From Eledone cirrhosa (taxonomy: Eukaryota): a stretch of 64,000 nt of DNA. The translations under genes and the position numbers were made by a program. The notes below the pieces were generated by a model. That model was given only the letters and a program-made list of their open reading frames with translations, did not search any database and had not been told where the DNA came from. The DNA is taken from NCBI GenBank assembly GCA_964016885.1, contig OZ024740.1:134044001-134108000 (forward strand), written 5' to 3'. Positions 61,213 through 64,000 of this stretch are shown one piece after another (within the stretch, counting starts at the first letter, position 1; each line of letters opens with the position of its first letter).

Positions 61213-63204
61213 TCTACTTCTTCTTAGCCCAGCTGAGAAGTTTGTGCGAGCAGAGTCCTCCCTCACTCCTTCCAGCTAGTCATGTCAGAAGCAACCGTTT
61301 CTAACTGATCCGGCTGGATCCCCAAACAGTCGGAGAGCACCTTCTGTCGATTTAAGTAATATCAAAACGTCTGCAAACTCCAGCCAACTGATTCTACATT
61401 TGCCAGTCGGGATACCACTTCCAACCCAGCTGCGCATGCCAATCCTGTACATGAAAATAATTGTTTCTACTTTAGGCATAAGGCCAGCAATTACCCAGTA
61501 CATTACTGGTACTTTATTTTATCGACCCCGTAAGGATGAAAGGCAAAGTTAACCTCGGCGTGATTTGAACTCAGACTGTAAAGGGACGTAACTATGCTAG
61601 AAAGCATGGCGTCCAACCCTCTACCGATACTGCCAATTCACGAAAATAATGAACAGGAAAGGTGACAGTACGCATCCTTAGTGGAGGTCGATTCACACAT
61701 TAAATGGATTGGATTTAACACTATTTATCCGAACACAAATATTAGGGCAACAAGAAGCTGACAATCAATCTCCTATTCATGCAGAACCTTCCACGACAGG
61801 CCCTATGGAACGCGATCATATGCCTTTTCAAGATCGACAAAACAAAAATATACCTCTCCGCAATACTCCCACGATTTCTCGAAGATCTTTTGCAGAGGGA
61901 ATATTTGGTCGACAGTTCATCAGCTAGTATGGACTCGACAATCTCCCTGCCAGACACTTAGCATAGACTTTCCCGGGGAGGCTTAAATAAGAGATCCCTC
62001 TGTAATTGGAACAATCACTCTTGTCACCCTGTTTGAAAATTGAGATCATCACTCCTGATTGCCATTGCTTAGGTGCCTTTCTACTGATCGAGGCCACCCG
62101 ACATACACGAGTAGGCCAGAGAATACCTGAGTTATATATCCTGAGGGAAGACTTCGATGCACATGTTTGCACTGACCACCTGACATTGAAAGGACTGACT
62201 GGAAGGAATGGCAACCTCGATCTTAATACGAATGGAGAGGCCTTATTAGACTTCTTTTCTAGCAATGTACTGTCTATTATGAACACTTTCTTCCAGCACA
62301 GAAACATCCATAAACATACATACTATAAGGAGTATCGAGACAGAGATCAATAATTGATTTTGTTATTGTTTGATTTTGTTACGAATTTGTTAATGTTTCT
62401 GAACTCTTTGATTCTGTACTGGATGTTCGTGTTAAGAGAAGAGCTGAGCGGTCAACTGATCACCATCTAGTTATCTGCAACTAGAGACAACTAAAGCCAA
62501 GGAGGCCCACAAAGCTGTCAGGTCCAAGGCAACCTACAGGATAGAGGAAGTCAGGACCTGGTATACAGATACTATTGCATTCAAATTCAGAGAACTTCCT
62601 GAGCAAATTGAGGTGTTTGAGACAGAGTGAATATTATTCAGCGCAGCAGTTTCTACTTCAGCTATTAAATGCTGTAGGCGTCAGAGGCTTGGTGTAGCGC
62701 CGGGTGGCAGAAGAACCCTTTTGTTCAATCAAGAGATCAAAAATGCCATCCGAGCAAATAAGCTAGCTTAAAAATCTTGGTTTGTAAATCAGTCCTCCTT
62801 CTGCACTTGTGGTACAAGCAGGCATGAAGAATCACTGCAGAGACATTAAAGGCATCCAAAGTTAAGACATGGGTGGACTTTTGGGTTAGGCTGGAATCCG
62901 ACTTCAGATCAGCCAATAAATTGTTTCGACAGACCATCCACCGACTTCATAAGAGGCCCTCTTCCACGACTGCTATCAAGAACGCATCTGGGGTTCTCCC
63001 CTCTTCAGAGGCGTGCATCCACGCGAGGTGGAGAGAATACTTTCCTGATCTCCTAAACCCGATCACAACCGCATCTTCTGATGTAGATGGCGGGCGATGA
63101 CTAATCTCTCAAAGGCTGAAGTCAAAAGAGCAGTTCAAGAGCTCGAATGTGGCAAGGCCGCTGGGGAAGAAGAAATCCTGCCCGAGATATTAAAAGCCTT
63201 AAAT
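61213..63204 (-). mobile_element. Degenerate RTE-clade LINE with inverted 5' half (plus strand 62138-63204) and a SINE insertion
   Basis: Minus: WQSGVMISIFKQGDKSDCSNYRGIS, EFADVLILL, GAA-type tail. Plus: DFDAHV, NGEALLDF, NTFFQH, STDHHLV, RWREYF, GKAAG..PEILKAL. Confidence 0.82.
61462..61641 (-). mobile_element. tRNA-SINE with 9-bp TSD inside the RTE element
   Basis: Same family as 49597; GAAAATAAT at 61453-61461 and 61642-61650. Confidence 0.88.
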
Positions 63205-64000
63205 AATTTCGTGTCTATTATCAAACTCGGTGAGGCTATTTATGCAATGATAGTTGAAGGAGGGGGAGATTGTGTAAATAAATATTGTTGAAATCTCTAC
63301 AATCACTATTAATAACAGGGTTAATAAAACTTGCCAGAATTATTTCTGCTCTAACTACTAAATATGAGAAAACATACTGTTCGTACATTATTTAGAAATT
63401 TATAGCCCTTAAAACATTCTTTAAACATTAGATATTGATCTCAGCAGCTTTGGCCTGGAAATGTATCTGTCGATTGCACGTGTTAAATTTCCTAACCTGT
63501 CCAGACGATTGGTAGATCTGTTTGTATTATTTATCGGAATTACTGACGAAAGATGCTTTTACATCTGGCACGCCTTCATATCTCAAGGATAAGAAAATAT
63601 AATGGAGTTGTATTTAGACAGAGGACTATCATTCTGCTAGCTAATGCATTTTTCTAAAAGAATACATTCCCCTAGAAACGTTTTTAAATATATTAACTTT
63701 TGCTTCCCTACAATGACCTCTGGCTGGCTAATTCAGAAGCCGATCAGATACAGACCCAAAACTGTTAAGCATGGTAATTCCAACTTGACTCCACTCAGGT
63801 CTCATATCAGAGAGGATGAACCGCCCCCTCTCGCGTACAATATCATTGTCTAATTATATCCAAATTACTCCATGTTTCCTTTAAAAACCTGTCATTCTGT
63901 TGCATCTTTACTCACTTTGTAATGCAGGTATGGCTTTTATATACGGGTAATATGCGTGTAGTTGTGTGCATATATGATAATGGTGCTATTGCTATCATGA

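Overview
AT-rich, microsatellite-dense animal genomic DNA made almost entirely of transposable elements. The SINEs and simple repeats look octopus-like, which is my inference only. I found no host gene. (1) 1-29038: a head-to-tail, minus-strand array of nine L1/Tx1-type non-LTR retrotransposon segments from several subfamilies. Two copies have intact ORF1 (CCHC gag knuckle) plus ORF2 (APE endonuclease, RT, Zn finger). Every intact element end abuts a (GATA)n tract, which points to a GATA-microsatellite-targeting Tx1 lineage. The array also contains a near-identical segment repeated 15.83 kb apart, chimeras and mosaic copies. (2) 29039-64000: tRNA-derived SINEs, a mariner relic, an inverted RTE LINE, possible Polinton-like capsid relics, and a dense set of Penelope-like element (PLE) insertions in or next to (TA)n tracts. 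These PLEs are fold-backs of about 100 bp to 6.3 kb, most with a recognisable type I hammerhead ribozyme motif; there is also a 316-bp retrozyme-like unit.
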